Shown here one piece after another: positions 31,386 to 40,764 of a DNA stretch of 64,000 nt. The notes beneath the pieces were generated by a model. That model saw only the letters and a list, made by a program, of their open reading frames with translations, searched no databases and was not told the DNA's origin. The first letter of the stretch is position 1. Each line of letters begins with the position of its first letter. The stretch spans positions 2,092,271 through 2,156,270 of the forward strand of contig CAWIAD010000001.1 in NCBI GenBank assembly GCA_963833985.1, given 5' to 3'. Position numbers and translations under genes: made by a program. Origin of the DNA: an uncultured Planctomycetaceae bacterium (GTDB lineage Bacteria > Planctomycetota > Planctomycetia > Isosphaerales > Isosphaeraceae).

Positions 31386-34300
31386 ATGGTTCGCTACATC
31401 ATCACGTGGAGTCTGCACAACCGGCTGATCGTCCTGCTCGGCGTGACCGGGCTGATCATCCTGGGTCTGAACTCGGCCTGGAACCTGGATGTCGAGGCCT
31501 ATCCCGACCCCACACCGCCGCTCGTGGAGGTGATCACCCAGAACCCTGGCGCCAGCCCTGAGGAAATGGAGCGGCTGATCGGCATTCCGATCGAGACCGT
31601 GCTCAACGGCATGCGCGGGCTCAAGTACATGCGAAGCACGTCGCTGGCAGGGCTCAACGACATCAAGTGCGTCTTCGAATACGGGGCGGATTACTGGGCC
31701 GTCCGCCAGGAGGTGATCAACCGCCTCGGCTTCGTGAGCAACCTGCCGCAGGGCGTGACTCCGGGTCTTTCTCCCTGGAGCCCCACCGGAGAGATTGTCC
31801 GCTACGTCCTGGAAGGACCGAAGTACACGCTGAACCAGATCAAGGCGGTGCAGGACTGGGTGCTCACCCGTCAGCTCAAGCAAGTGCCTGGCGTGATTGA
31901 CGTCACCGGTTTCGGCGGCACGGTGAAGGAATACCAGGTGCTGCTGGACACCCGGCTGATGCAGCAGTACGGCGTGACCCTCGACCAGGTGGAAAAGGCG
32001 ATACAGGGGGCCAACGCCAATGTCGGAGGCAACATCCTGACGCTCGGCAGCCAGGCCCACAATGTGCGGGCGCTCGGCCTCATTGGCGAGGGCATTGACA
32101 GCCTTGATCCGGCCAATGCCTCCCAGTCCACCCGGCTTGAGGGAATCAAGGTCCATGACATCAACCGGGTGGTCATCAATACCCAGGCCGACGGCACCCC
32201 GATCTTTGTGCGGCATATCGCCAAGGCCATCGTCGGGCATCACCCCCGGCTCGGCCTGGTCGGCCGGGCGACCATCAATCAGAGCAAGGGCGGTAGCGCC
32301 AGCGATGAGGACGACGTCGTCGAAGGCATCGTCCTCATGCGGAAATATGAGAAATCCAGGCCGACGGCCGACATGGTGCTCCAGAAGCTGAAGGACATTG
32401 AACGCGAGAAGCTGCTGCCCGAGGGCATGAAGGTCACGCTCTTCAACAACCGCACCGACCTCATCGAGGTCACCACGCACAACGTGCTGCACAACTTGCT
32501 TTTCGGCATGGGTCTGGTGATCGCCGTGCTGTTCGTCTTCCTGGGAAACCTGACCAGCGCCGGGGTCGTGGCGCTGATGATTCCGCTGGCGCTCTTCTTT
32601 TCGGTGAGCGTCCTCTACGCCCGGGGCGAATCGGCCAACCTGCTGTCCATCGGCGCCGTTGACTTCGGCATCATCGTCGATAGTTCGGTCATCATCGTCG
32701 AGAACATCTACCGGCACATCGCCACCCCGAGCGCTGACCGCAGCCGGAGCTGGATCGACCGCATCGCCGATGCGTCCCATGAGATCGAGCGGCGCTCTTC
32801 TTCTCCACCACCATCATCGTCTGCGCGTTTATTCCACTCTTTTCCATGACGGGGCCTGAAGGGGCCCTCTTCGGCCCCATGGCCAAGACGTATGCGTTTG
32901 CGCTCTGTGGCGCGCTCTGCCTGGCGGTGACGCTGGCGCCTGTGCTTTGCTCGTACCTGTTCCACGACGGCCTGCGCGAGAAGGACACCATCGTGGATCG
33001 GCTGATGAAGCTGCGTTACCTGCGGAACCTGAACCGGGTCCTGCGCTTCCGCTACCTCACCCTGAGCTTCATGTTCGCGCTCATCATCGTGACGGTCGTG
33101 CTGATTCCGCATCTCGGCGGCGAGTTCATGCCCCCGCTCGAGGAGGGGAACCTGTGGATCCGCGCGGTGATGCCGCGGACCACGTCGCTGGAGCAGGCCG
33201 CGAAGCTTGCACCCCGGCTGCGCGACGTGATCACCACGATTCCCGAGGTGCGGGGCGTGATGTCGCAGATTGGCCGGCCCGACGACGGCACCGACGTCAC
33301 GGGCTTCTTCAACATCGAGTTCAACGTGCCGCTCAAGCCGATGGAGCAATGGCGGAAGGATCGCTGGGGAAGGCCCATCTCCCGCGAGCAAATCCAGGAC
33401 GAGCTGGCGAAGCGTTTCGACGAGTTTCCTGGCCTGAACTTCAACTTCTCGCAGTACATCCGCGATAACGTGGAGGAGGCGCTCTCGGGCGTCAAGGGCG
33501 CGAACTCGGTGAAGCTCTTCGGCAACGACCTGGCGCAGCTCGAGGAGATCGGCAAGCAGGTGCTCCAGGTGCTCAGAACCGTTCCGGGAGTGGAAAACGC
33601 GGGGCTCTTCCACATCGTCGGCCAGCCCAACCTGGAGATCAAGATCGACCGCGACGCCTGCGCCCGCTACGGCGTGAACATCGCGGACGTCGAGGACGCT
33701 GTGCAGGTAGCCATCGGCGGCAAGGCCTTCTCGCAGATGGTCGAGGGAGAGAAGCTCTTCGACATCGTCCTGCGGCTCCCGCTGGAGGCGCGCGACGATC
33801 CGGGCGTGATCAGCCGGCTGCCGGTCAGCGTTCCCGGCAGCGGCCCCGACCAGCCGAGCTTCCGCATTCCGCTCTCACAGCTCGCCCAGATCACGCCGCA
33901 CAAGCCGGGCGCCTCGTACATTTATCGCGAGAACAACCGCCGCTACATCCCCATCAAGTTCAGCGTCCGGGGCCGCGACCTGGCCTCCACCATCGCCGAG
34001 GCCAAGCGGAAGGTGGACGACCCGATCAACGGCGTCAAGCGGCCGTCCGGTTACAACATCGAGTGGTCCGGCGAGTTCGCCCAGATGGAGCAGGCCAACA
34101 GCCGGCTGCTCTGGATCGTTCCGCTGTCAGTGGGCCTCATCCTCATCTTGCTCTACAGCGCCTTCAACAACTTCAAGGACGCCATGCTGGTGATGGTCAA
34201 CGTCATCGAGGCCTCGATGGGGGGCGTCTGGGCGCTCTGGCTCACCGGTACGCCGTTCTCGATCTCGGCGGCGGTGGGTTTCGTATCAATCTTCGGTGTC

Positions 34301-34675
34301 GCCGTCCAGGACGGCGTTCTGTTGATCTCTTACTTCAATCAGATGCGGGCCGCCGGCCGCGGGGTGCGCGAGTCGATCCTCCGCGGAGCCGAGTTGCGCG
34401 TGCGGCCGGTGGTCATGACCTCATTGACCGCGGCCCTCGGCCTCTTTCCCGCGGCCATCGCCACATCGATCGGCTCGCAGGCGCAGAAGCCGCTGGCGAT
34501 CGTCGTGGTCGGCGGCATGCTCGTGACGCTCTTCCTGACGCGCTACCTCATGCCGGTCCTGTACAGCTTCTTCCCCGGTCCGCGCGGGCACTCCGGGCAA
34601 GGAGACCTCGTCGAGGGATCTCACTACGCGGACCAGTTCCTGGCCATGCCCTCTCGGCTGGACCGGAAAGATTGA
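31386..34675 (+). CDS. czcA: CzcA/CusA heavy-metal RND permease; apparent frameshift near 32791
   Basis: AYPD, SIGAVDFGIIVDSSVIIVEN, GEFMPPLEEG, FGVAVQDG, RPVVMT...PLAIVVVGG. Confidence 0.9.
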
Positions 34676-34800
34676 AAATGGTGTGCTGATGCCAGTGCAA
34701 TGGCACGGCCCCTCGCGTGCGCACGGAACGCGGAGCGAGGGGCCGATGCGGTCCTCATGGAATCACGCCCGCGACCCCGGGAGCAGGGGCAGGGTCCGCA

Positions 34801-36873
34801 TCATTCCTCCTCGCTGCCGGCCTCCTTGAGGCTCTCGAGCTCTTCGACCAGTTCCTTGACCTTACGCTCGAGCGCCTCGATGCGCGCGTCTCGGTCCTTC
34901 CGGACTGGCTTGACCCCGCTCTTCCTGGATGCGGCCTTGGCCCCGACCCGCTGCTTGAGCTCCGCCTCGTGTTTCCTGGCCATGTCCTCAACCATGGCTT
35001 TCATCTTCTTCTCGAAGCCCGAACCCGGGCCGAACTGCTGCTTGATCTCCTTTTCAAAGCCCGAACCCGGGCCGAGCTTCTGCGTGATCTTCTTCTCGAA
35101 ATCCGAGCCCGGACCGAGCTTCTCCTTGATCTTCTTCTCGAAATCCGAACCCGGGCCGAACTGCTGATTGATCTTCTTCTCGAAATCCGAACTCGGGCCG
35201 AACTGCTGCTTGATCTTCTTCTCAAAATCCGAGCCCGGGCCGAACTTCTCCTTGATCTTCTTCTCGAAGTCCGAGCCCGGGCCGAGTTCCTTGGCCATCT
35301 TCTCGCCCATGGCTTTCATCTTCCGGGCGAACTCGGATTCCTCACCGAACTGCTTCTCCATGTCCCGGGCCAGGATCTCCGCATACTTGGCATGCTCCGA
35401 CTGGCTGAGCATTTTCTGCTTGATGTCCCGGGAGAGCTTTTCGAGTATCTCGGCGAGCTTTTTCTCAAAATCCGGGCCGAGGGCGGACTCGATCTGCTTG
35501 TCGATGTCCTCCGCCTCATGATCGCCCTTGGTTTCTGCCCTGGCAGAGTTCGATTTCGCCGGCTTCGTCCTGCTCTTCGCCACGTCCTTCCCTTGAGCAC
35601 TGCCGGGGCCGTCCTCGTCGTCATCGTCCGGGGCAAGAGCAGCAGCCTTGTCCTCATCGGGTTCGCCGCGCTCGGCGAGCTCCGAGGATTCAGGGGAGCC
35701 GGCCCGCGCGGAGGCCTCCACACGCCGCGGCTCGTCAGTGGAGGCGAGGATTCCAGACGGCAGCGACGCGATGATCATGAGGCCGGCGGCCAGCATGGCC
35801 ATGGGGGAGACACGGAGAGTCGCATGCTCATGCAAGATCATGGTTAACCTCTTTTCAAAGAATTTGCCCGCCCCGCCGATACCCAGTGCGGGCGACGGCA
35901 CCTCGGTCCTGGAACACTGCGCGCACACGTGGAGAAGGGCCTCGGCGTAGTCGAGCCGCTCCTCGGGGAGGGCCCACACAGCCCAGGCGTCACAGGACAG
36001 CTCGGCCTCGGCATCGAGCTGTCGGCAGACGAACCAGTACAGCGGGTTCCACCACCAGAGCAGACCCGCCACCAGCTCCATGCGGCAAACCCAGGGATCG
36101 CCGCGCTTGATGTGGGCCAGCTCATGGGCGAGGATTCCCCTCCAGCGCTCGGCCGCAATCGACTTGACCAGGTCAGCCGGCACGAGCAGCCTGACCGGGC
36201 CCAGACACCAGAGCATGGGAGTTGTGATCTCCGGGACAAAGCAGATCTCGGGTACCTTCACCCGGAGCCGCTCGCCAATCGCCCTGGCTTCCTCGACCAG
36301 CCAGAATGGGGCCGGTGACGCTTCATCGAGCAGCCTCCGGAACCGGGCCAGCCGGTATCCCTGCAAGACCGCGATGAGGACGGCTCCGCAACCCCAGAGC
36401 CAGAGCGTGAGCCTGCCGATCGGAATCCCGGCGCGGGCAGTTTGTTTCCCTGGCGCGCCGCGAGCGGCCCGCGGCATTTCCGCCGGCTGCAAGACCGGGG
36501 CAGGGGCCGGCCCCTCGTTACGATTGGCGTTGCCGGCGACAGCAGGGACGTGATCCGGGTCCGATCCGGCCGTCGCCGTCGCCTCGCTGCGATCGCCGAG
36601 CGCTGCGCGGAGGGCGGCTTCCGCACTGGAGTCTTCGCCCGGCATCGCGGCAGGCCCCGCGATCATGCCGGCCCGAGCGCCACTCCAGGGCGACTGCGGC
36701 ATGGGAAAACGCCAGGGTGATGCAACAATCGGAGGCATGATCAGCCTGATGAGCACCACCAGCCAGAACGCATGCCGTGCCGACGAATTGCTGAAAGGCA
36801 GCCGCCCGAACGCCCCGGCAAGAGCCGCCAGCCCCCCGGCCACGAGCGTCGTCTCGATCAACCACCCGAGCAT
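34801..36873 (-). CDS. M56 (BlaR1/MecR1-like) metallopeptidase with a repeat-rich C-terminus
   Basis: RHAFWLVVLIRL, TTPMLW, LAHELAHIKRGD, WWNPL, ELSCD; adjacent to a BlaI gene. Confidence 0.92.
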   Translation of the reverse strand: MLGWLIETTLVAGGLAALAGAFGRLPFSNSSARHAFWLVVLIRLIMPPIVASPWRFPMPQSPWSGARAGMIAGPAAMPGEDSSAEAALRAALGDRSEATATAGSDPDHVPAVAGNANRNEGPAPAPVLQPAEMPRAARGAPGKQTARAGIPIGRLTLWLWGCGAVLIAVLQGYRLARFRRLLDEASPAPFWLVEEARAIGERLRVKVPEICFVPEITTPMLWCLGPVRLLVPADLVKSIAAERWRGILAHELAHIKRGDPWVCRMELVAGLLWWWNPLYWFVCRQLDAEAELSCDAWAVWALPEERLDYAEALLHVCAQCSRTEVPSPALGIGGAGKFFEKRLTMILHEHATLRVSPMAMLAAGLMIIASLPSGILASTDEPRRVEASARAGSPESSELAERGEPDEDKAAALAPDDDDEDGPGSAQGKDVAKSRTKPAKSNSARAETKGDHEAEDIDKQIESALGPDFEKKLAEILEKLSRDIKQKMLSQSEHAKYAEILARDMEKQFGEESEFARKMKAMGEKMAKELGPGSDFEKKIKEKFGPGSDFEKKIKQQFGPSSDFEKKINQQFGPGSDFEKKIKEKLGPGSDFEKKITQKLGPGSGFEKEIKQQFGPGSGFEKKMKAMVEDMARKHEAELKQRVGAKAASRKSGVKPVRKDRDARIEALERKVKELVEELESLKEAGSEEE
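34990..35283 (-). repeat. Seven tandem 42-bp (14-aa) coding repeats
   Basis: GP(G/S)S(D/G)FEK(K/E)(I/M)xxx(F/L/V) seven times, 42-bp period. Confidence 0.95.
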
Positions 36874-36918
36874 GTTGGGCCTCCACGCGGTCGGAGAAGA
36901 TTCTGGGTATCCGGCTGG

Positions 36919-37323
36919 TCAACCCCTGGGTTTTCGTGATTTCCGGGCGCTCGCGGCCTCATCCAGCAAGCGCCGGAACCGTACCAGTTCCTCTTCCGAA
37001 AAGCGGTGGCCCTGCACGAGCGCCAGGACCAGCGGGGCAGTCTTGCCGTCGCACAGTTCCTCGGCGGCATCCTTCAGCCGGCGATCGAGCAGCTCCTCCC
37101 GCGTGACCGACGCCCGAAAGACGTGGGGCGTGACGGATGCGTCCGACTCGACATACCGTTTGGCTTGCAGCCTCTGCAAGAGCGTCGCCACCGTCGTGTA
37201 GGCCCAGGTACGTCCCAGCTGCGTGAGAACCTCCCTGATCCCGCGCACCGAGGCCGGGCCGTGGTCCCAGAGCACCCTGAGAACCTGGCGCTCCGCCTCG
37301 CTCATCTCCGGCTGACCTGACAT
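36919..37323 (-). CDS. BlaI/MecI/CopY family repressor
   Basis: SEAERQVLRVLW, AYTTVATLLQRL..K, L.G..APLVLALV. Confidence 0.95.
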   Translation of the reverse strand: MSGQPEMSEAERQVLRVLWDHGPASVRGIREVLTQLGRTWAYTTVATLLQRLQAKRYVESDASVTPHVFRASVTREELLDRRLKDAAEELCDGKTAPLVLALVQGHRFSEEELVRFRRLLDEAASARKSRKPRG

Positions 37324-37360
37324 GGCTGCTCCCGTACTTCCTGAAACCGATCGCCATTCT

Positions 37361-37406
37361 CTACAGGCTGTAGTAGGACGTTACTACAAACCGTAGGAGG
37401 ACGCAA
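37361..37406 (-). promoter_or_regulatory. Probable BlaI operator pair overlapping a sigma70 promoter
   Basis: CTACAGGCTGTAG (37361-37373) and CTACAAACCGTAG (37384-37396); TTGCGT-N17-TAACGT on the minus strand. Confidence 0.65.
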
Positions 37407-37468
37407 GGGGCAATTCGCAGCTCTCTGGGAATTCCTGGATTGAATCTCTGTTTTTCGGCATTGCATAC

Positions 37469-39415
37469 TTGAGGAAGCGATTCAAGCTGAGAGGGGAGCA
37501 AGGCAATGCACGGGCGTTTTGCTGGTCTGCGCGCGGGCTCTGGCCCGGGGTCATGGTCCTGGCGGGTCTCGCTCCCGTGGGCTTCGCGCAGACTCACGCC
37601 GCGAAGCCAGGGCGCCAGGTGGAAACACTCGGCCGCGGACTGGTCGCCCTCAGCGCGGGGCAGGGCCAGGTCTTTCTGAGCTGGCGACTGCTGGGGACCG
37701 AGCCCGATTCCATTGCCTTCAACGTCTACCATGCACCGGCCGGCGGCGCGGCGAGACGGCTCAACGACCGACCCTTGACCGGAGCGACATGCTATGTGCA
37801 CAAGATCAAGAGTCCGGGCGGGACGTACTGGATCAGGCCCGTGCTCGACGGTCGCGAGCTCGAGGACGGTCCCTCGCGCATGCTGGCCGCGGGCATGGCG
37901 GATCGACCTTACCTCACCATCCCGTTGCGGACCCCGGAAGGCTACAGCCCGAACGATGCCTCCGTGGGTGACCTGGACGGCGACGGCGAGTACGAGATCG
38001 TCCTGCACCAGGCCGCCGGCGGGCGCGACAACTCGCAGCGCGGGCAGACCGGTGAGCCTCTGCTTGAAGCCTACAGGCTCGACGGTACGTTCCTCTGGAG
38101 GATCAACCTCGGCAAGAACATCCGCGAGGGGGCGCACTACACACAGTTCCTGGTTTACGACTTCGACGGCGACGGCAGGGCCGAGGTGGTCTGCAAGACG
38201 GCCGACGGCACGGTCGACGGTCGCGGCCATGTGATCGGCGATGCCCGCGCGGACTGGCGCAACCCGGCGGGGTACATTCTGGCCGGCCCAGAGTTCTTGA
38301 CGGTCTTTGATGGCCTGACCGGAGGTGCCCTCGCCACGGCTGATTACCTGCCGCCACGTGGCGACGTCGGCTCATGGGGAGACACGTATGGCAACCGGGT
38401 GGACCGCTTCCTGGCGTGCGTGGCCTTTCTTGATGGAGTTCGGCCCAGCATCGTCATGTGCCGCGGTTACTACACGCGCACCGTGCTGGTTGCCTGGAAC
38501 TGGAGGGACGGAACGCTCAGCCGGGTCTGGACCTTCGACAGCGACGATGGCACTCCTGGCAACCGTTCCTACCGGGGGCAGGGCAACCACAACCTGAGCG
38601 TCGGCGACGTCGATGGCGACGGCAGGGACGAGATCATCTTCGGTGCCTGTTGCATCGACCACGACGGCAAGGGGCTCTACTCGACGGGATGGGGCCACGG
38701 CGATGCACTCCACCTCTCCGACCTTGACCCGGATCGGCCCGGCCTGGAGGTTTTTGACATCCACGAACGCCCCCGCCACCCCCATGGCGCCGAGTTTCGC
38801 GACGCCGCGACCGGCGCATTGCTCTGGAGCAAGCCATCGCCCGACGTGGGTCGCGGCCTGGCAGCCGATATCGACCCACGCCATCTCGGCTACGAAATGT
38901 GGGCGTCGGGCGCGGGACTCGCGGGACTGTGGGACGTGAAGGGAAGGTCGGTCTCCGACCGCAAGCCCCGATCGTGCAACTTCGCGGTCTGGTGGGACGG
39001 CGACCTGCTCCGGGAACTGCTCGACGGCAATACCATCAGCAAATGGCAATGGAAGACCGGCTCGGAGACGACCCTGCTGCGTGCCGATGGCTGCATCGCC
39101 TGCAACGGAACCAAGTCAACCCCCTGCCTCTGTGCCGACATCCTGGGCGACTGGCGTGAAGAGGTCGTCTGGAAAACCACCGGCAACCGTGAACTGCGAA
39201 TCTACACCACCACCATCCCTACCCTGGTCCGCCTCCCCACCCTGATGCACGACCATCAGTACCGGCTCAGCGTGGCCTGGCAGAATGTCGGCTACAACCA
39301 GCCCCCACAACCCGGCTATTACCTGGGCGAGGGCATGAGTGCTCCGCCTCGGCCCGCGTCCACGACACAATCACCCGCCGACACACAGCCTCTCCGCAAG
39401 ACAGCCTTGCCATGA
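37469..39415 (+). CDS. Rhamnogalacturonan lyase (PL11, YesW/YesX-like)
   Basis: VETLGRGLVA, FLSWRLL, DLDGDGEYEI, GAHYTQF, NRVDRF, GQGNHN, NGTK.TP, DILGDWREE, YNQPP; start uncertain. Confidence 0.93.
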   Translation: MRKRFKLRGEQGNARAFCWSARGLWPGVMVLAGLAPVGFAQTHAAKPGRQVETLGRGLVALSAGQGQVFLSWRLLGTEPDSIAFNVYHAPAGGAARRLNDRPLTGATCYVHKIKSPGGTYWIRPVLDGRELEDGPSRMLAAGMADRPYLTIPLRTPEGYSPNDASVGDLDGDGEYEIVLHQAAGGRDNSQRGQTGEPLLEAYRLDGTFLWRINLGKNIREGAHYTQFLVYDFDGDGRAEVVCKTADGTVDGRGHVIGDARADWRNPAGYILAGPEFLTVFDGLTGGALATADYLPPRGDVGSWGDTYGNRVDRFLACVAFLDGVRPSIVMCRGYYTRTVLVAWNWRDGTLSRVWTFDSDDGTPGNRSYRGQGNHNLSVGDVDGDGRDEIIFGACCIDHDGKGLYSTGWGHGDALHLSDLDPDRPGLEVFDIHERPRHPHGAEFRDAATGALLWSKPSPDVGRGLAADIDPRHLGYEMWASGAGLAGLWDVKGRSVSDRKPRSCNFAVWWDGDLLRELLDGNTISKWQWKTGSETTLLRADGCIACNGTKSTPCLCADILGDWREEVVWKTTGNRELRIYTTTIPTLVRLPTLMHDHQYRLSVAWQNVGYNQPPQPGYYLGEGMSAPPRPASTTQSPADTQPLRKTALP

Positions 39416-39558
39416 ACCTCGTGGGGGTCCCCGGCGTCTTCGCCCACCCGCGCTGCGGAGCCGAGGCACTTCTGGTCTTCCCTGCCGCCACGCTGTAAAT
39501 TGGGAGCAACTGCTCCTGGCTTGCTCTCTGGATACTGTGAAACGAGGAGTTTTGGTTT

Positions 39559-40575
39559 ATGATCATGCGTTTGGTACCTGTTTTCATCAGCTTCGTGATG
39601 ATCTTCATCTCCGGCGCAGGCCGGCTCTCTGCGCAGGACGAGTTCGCGGGGCTGAAGACCTTCAGCTCGATCGGCAAGGGCTCGCCGGCGCTCGATGGTT
39701 ACAAGGAGGCGGAACTGCTCGCCCACACGGGCAAGGGCTGCCTGACGCACATGTGGTTCGGGGGTGATTGGCCGGGATACGATCGCACGCGCCTGCGCAT
39801 TTACGTGGACGGCGAATCGGAGCCGTCCATCGACATGGAACTGGGTCTCGGCCACGGCCAGGCCTTCGAGCATTCCGGTCCGTGGGGCGGCGACCGGGTC
39901 GGCCGCACAGGGCAGCCCAGCGGCATCTACAACACCTACAAGATTCCCTTCGGCAAGTCGATCCGGGTCACCGCCCAGCGCGACAAGGAGTCGCCATCAG
40001 CGTCGGCATTCTGGTGGATCATCCGCGGAACGGAAAACCTGCCGGTGAGCATCGCGGGCGTGCGACTGCCGGAGACGGCCCGGCTCAAGCTCTACCGCCT
40101 TGAGAACTACACCGCCCGGCCGCTGGAGGAGTTCAAACTCTGCGACGTTGCCGGCTCCGGTGCCCTGTACCAGGTGACCATTGCCGCGAAGGGCCTGCGT
40201 CAGACCGGCGACTGGAAGAACCTGAGCTTCCTGGAAGCCTGCATGCGCGCCTATATCGACGGTGCCACCGAACCGATACTGCTTTCGTCCGGGCTGGAAG
40301 ATTACTTTCTGGGCACTTATTACTTCAACAAAGGCCGGTATGCGAATAACATTGCCGGTCTTACGCATCTGGATGTGAAGGAACAAACCTTCTCGGCCTA
40401 CCGCTTCCACGATACCGACCCGGTCTTCTTTCACTCCGGCCTGAAGCTGACGTGCCGTTGCGGCGAGAGCGAGGATGGCTCGAAACACGGCAAGACGGTT
40501 GGCGACCCGCCCGAGACGCGCTACACCACGTACACCTGGGTGTACTCATGGCCAGAGACAGGCGGCAGGCCCTGA
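39559..40575 (+). CDS. DUF2961 family secreted protein
   Basis: G.G.LTHMWF, LRIYVDGE, SGLEDYF, YRFH..DPV.F. Confidence 0.8.
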   Translation: MIMRLVPVFISFVMIFISGAGRLSAQDEFAGLKTFSSIGKGSPALDGYKEAELLAHTGKGCLTHMWFGGDWPGYDRTRLRIYVDGESEPSIDMELGLGHGQAFEHSGPWGGDRVGRTGQPSGIYNTYKIPFGKSIRVTAQRDKESPSASAFWWIIRGTENLPVSIAGVRLPETARLKLYRLENYTARPLEEFKLCDVAGSGALYQVTIAAKGLRQTGDWKNLSFLEACMRAYIDGATEPILLSSGLEDYFLGTYYFNKGRYANNIAGLTHLDVKEQTFSAYRFHDTDPVFFHSGLKLTCRCGESEDGSKHGKTVGDPPETRYTTYTWVYSWPETGGRP

Positions 40576-40764
40576 GCAGATGGACATCCCGAGCCGGCTC
40601 AAGGCACGTTTCCAGCCCTACCCCCAGGGCATCCCGCGGCGCCCCGCGGCAAGGATTCCTCGCTTGTTGACGTTTTCCCATACGAAGCAGGGCGATTCGA
40701 CGATATAAGGAGCGTAGAGAGCAGGGTCCGTCGTATATTTTCGTGATCGCAGGAGCCCGATGGC

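Noticed and set aside
34701-34716. TGGCACGGCCCCTCGC as a sigma54 promoter
   Set aside because: GG-to-GC spacing is 11 rather than 10, and it points into a convergent gene end.
34990-35283. Regular 42-bp repeats as a CRISPR array
   Set aside because: No spacers, in-frame coding repeats within the M56 gene, and no cas genes.
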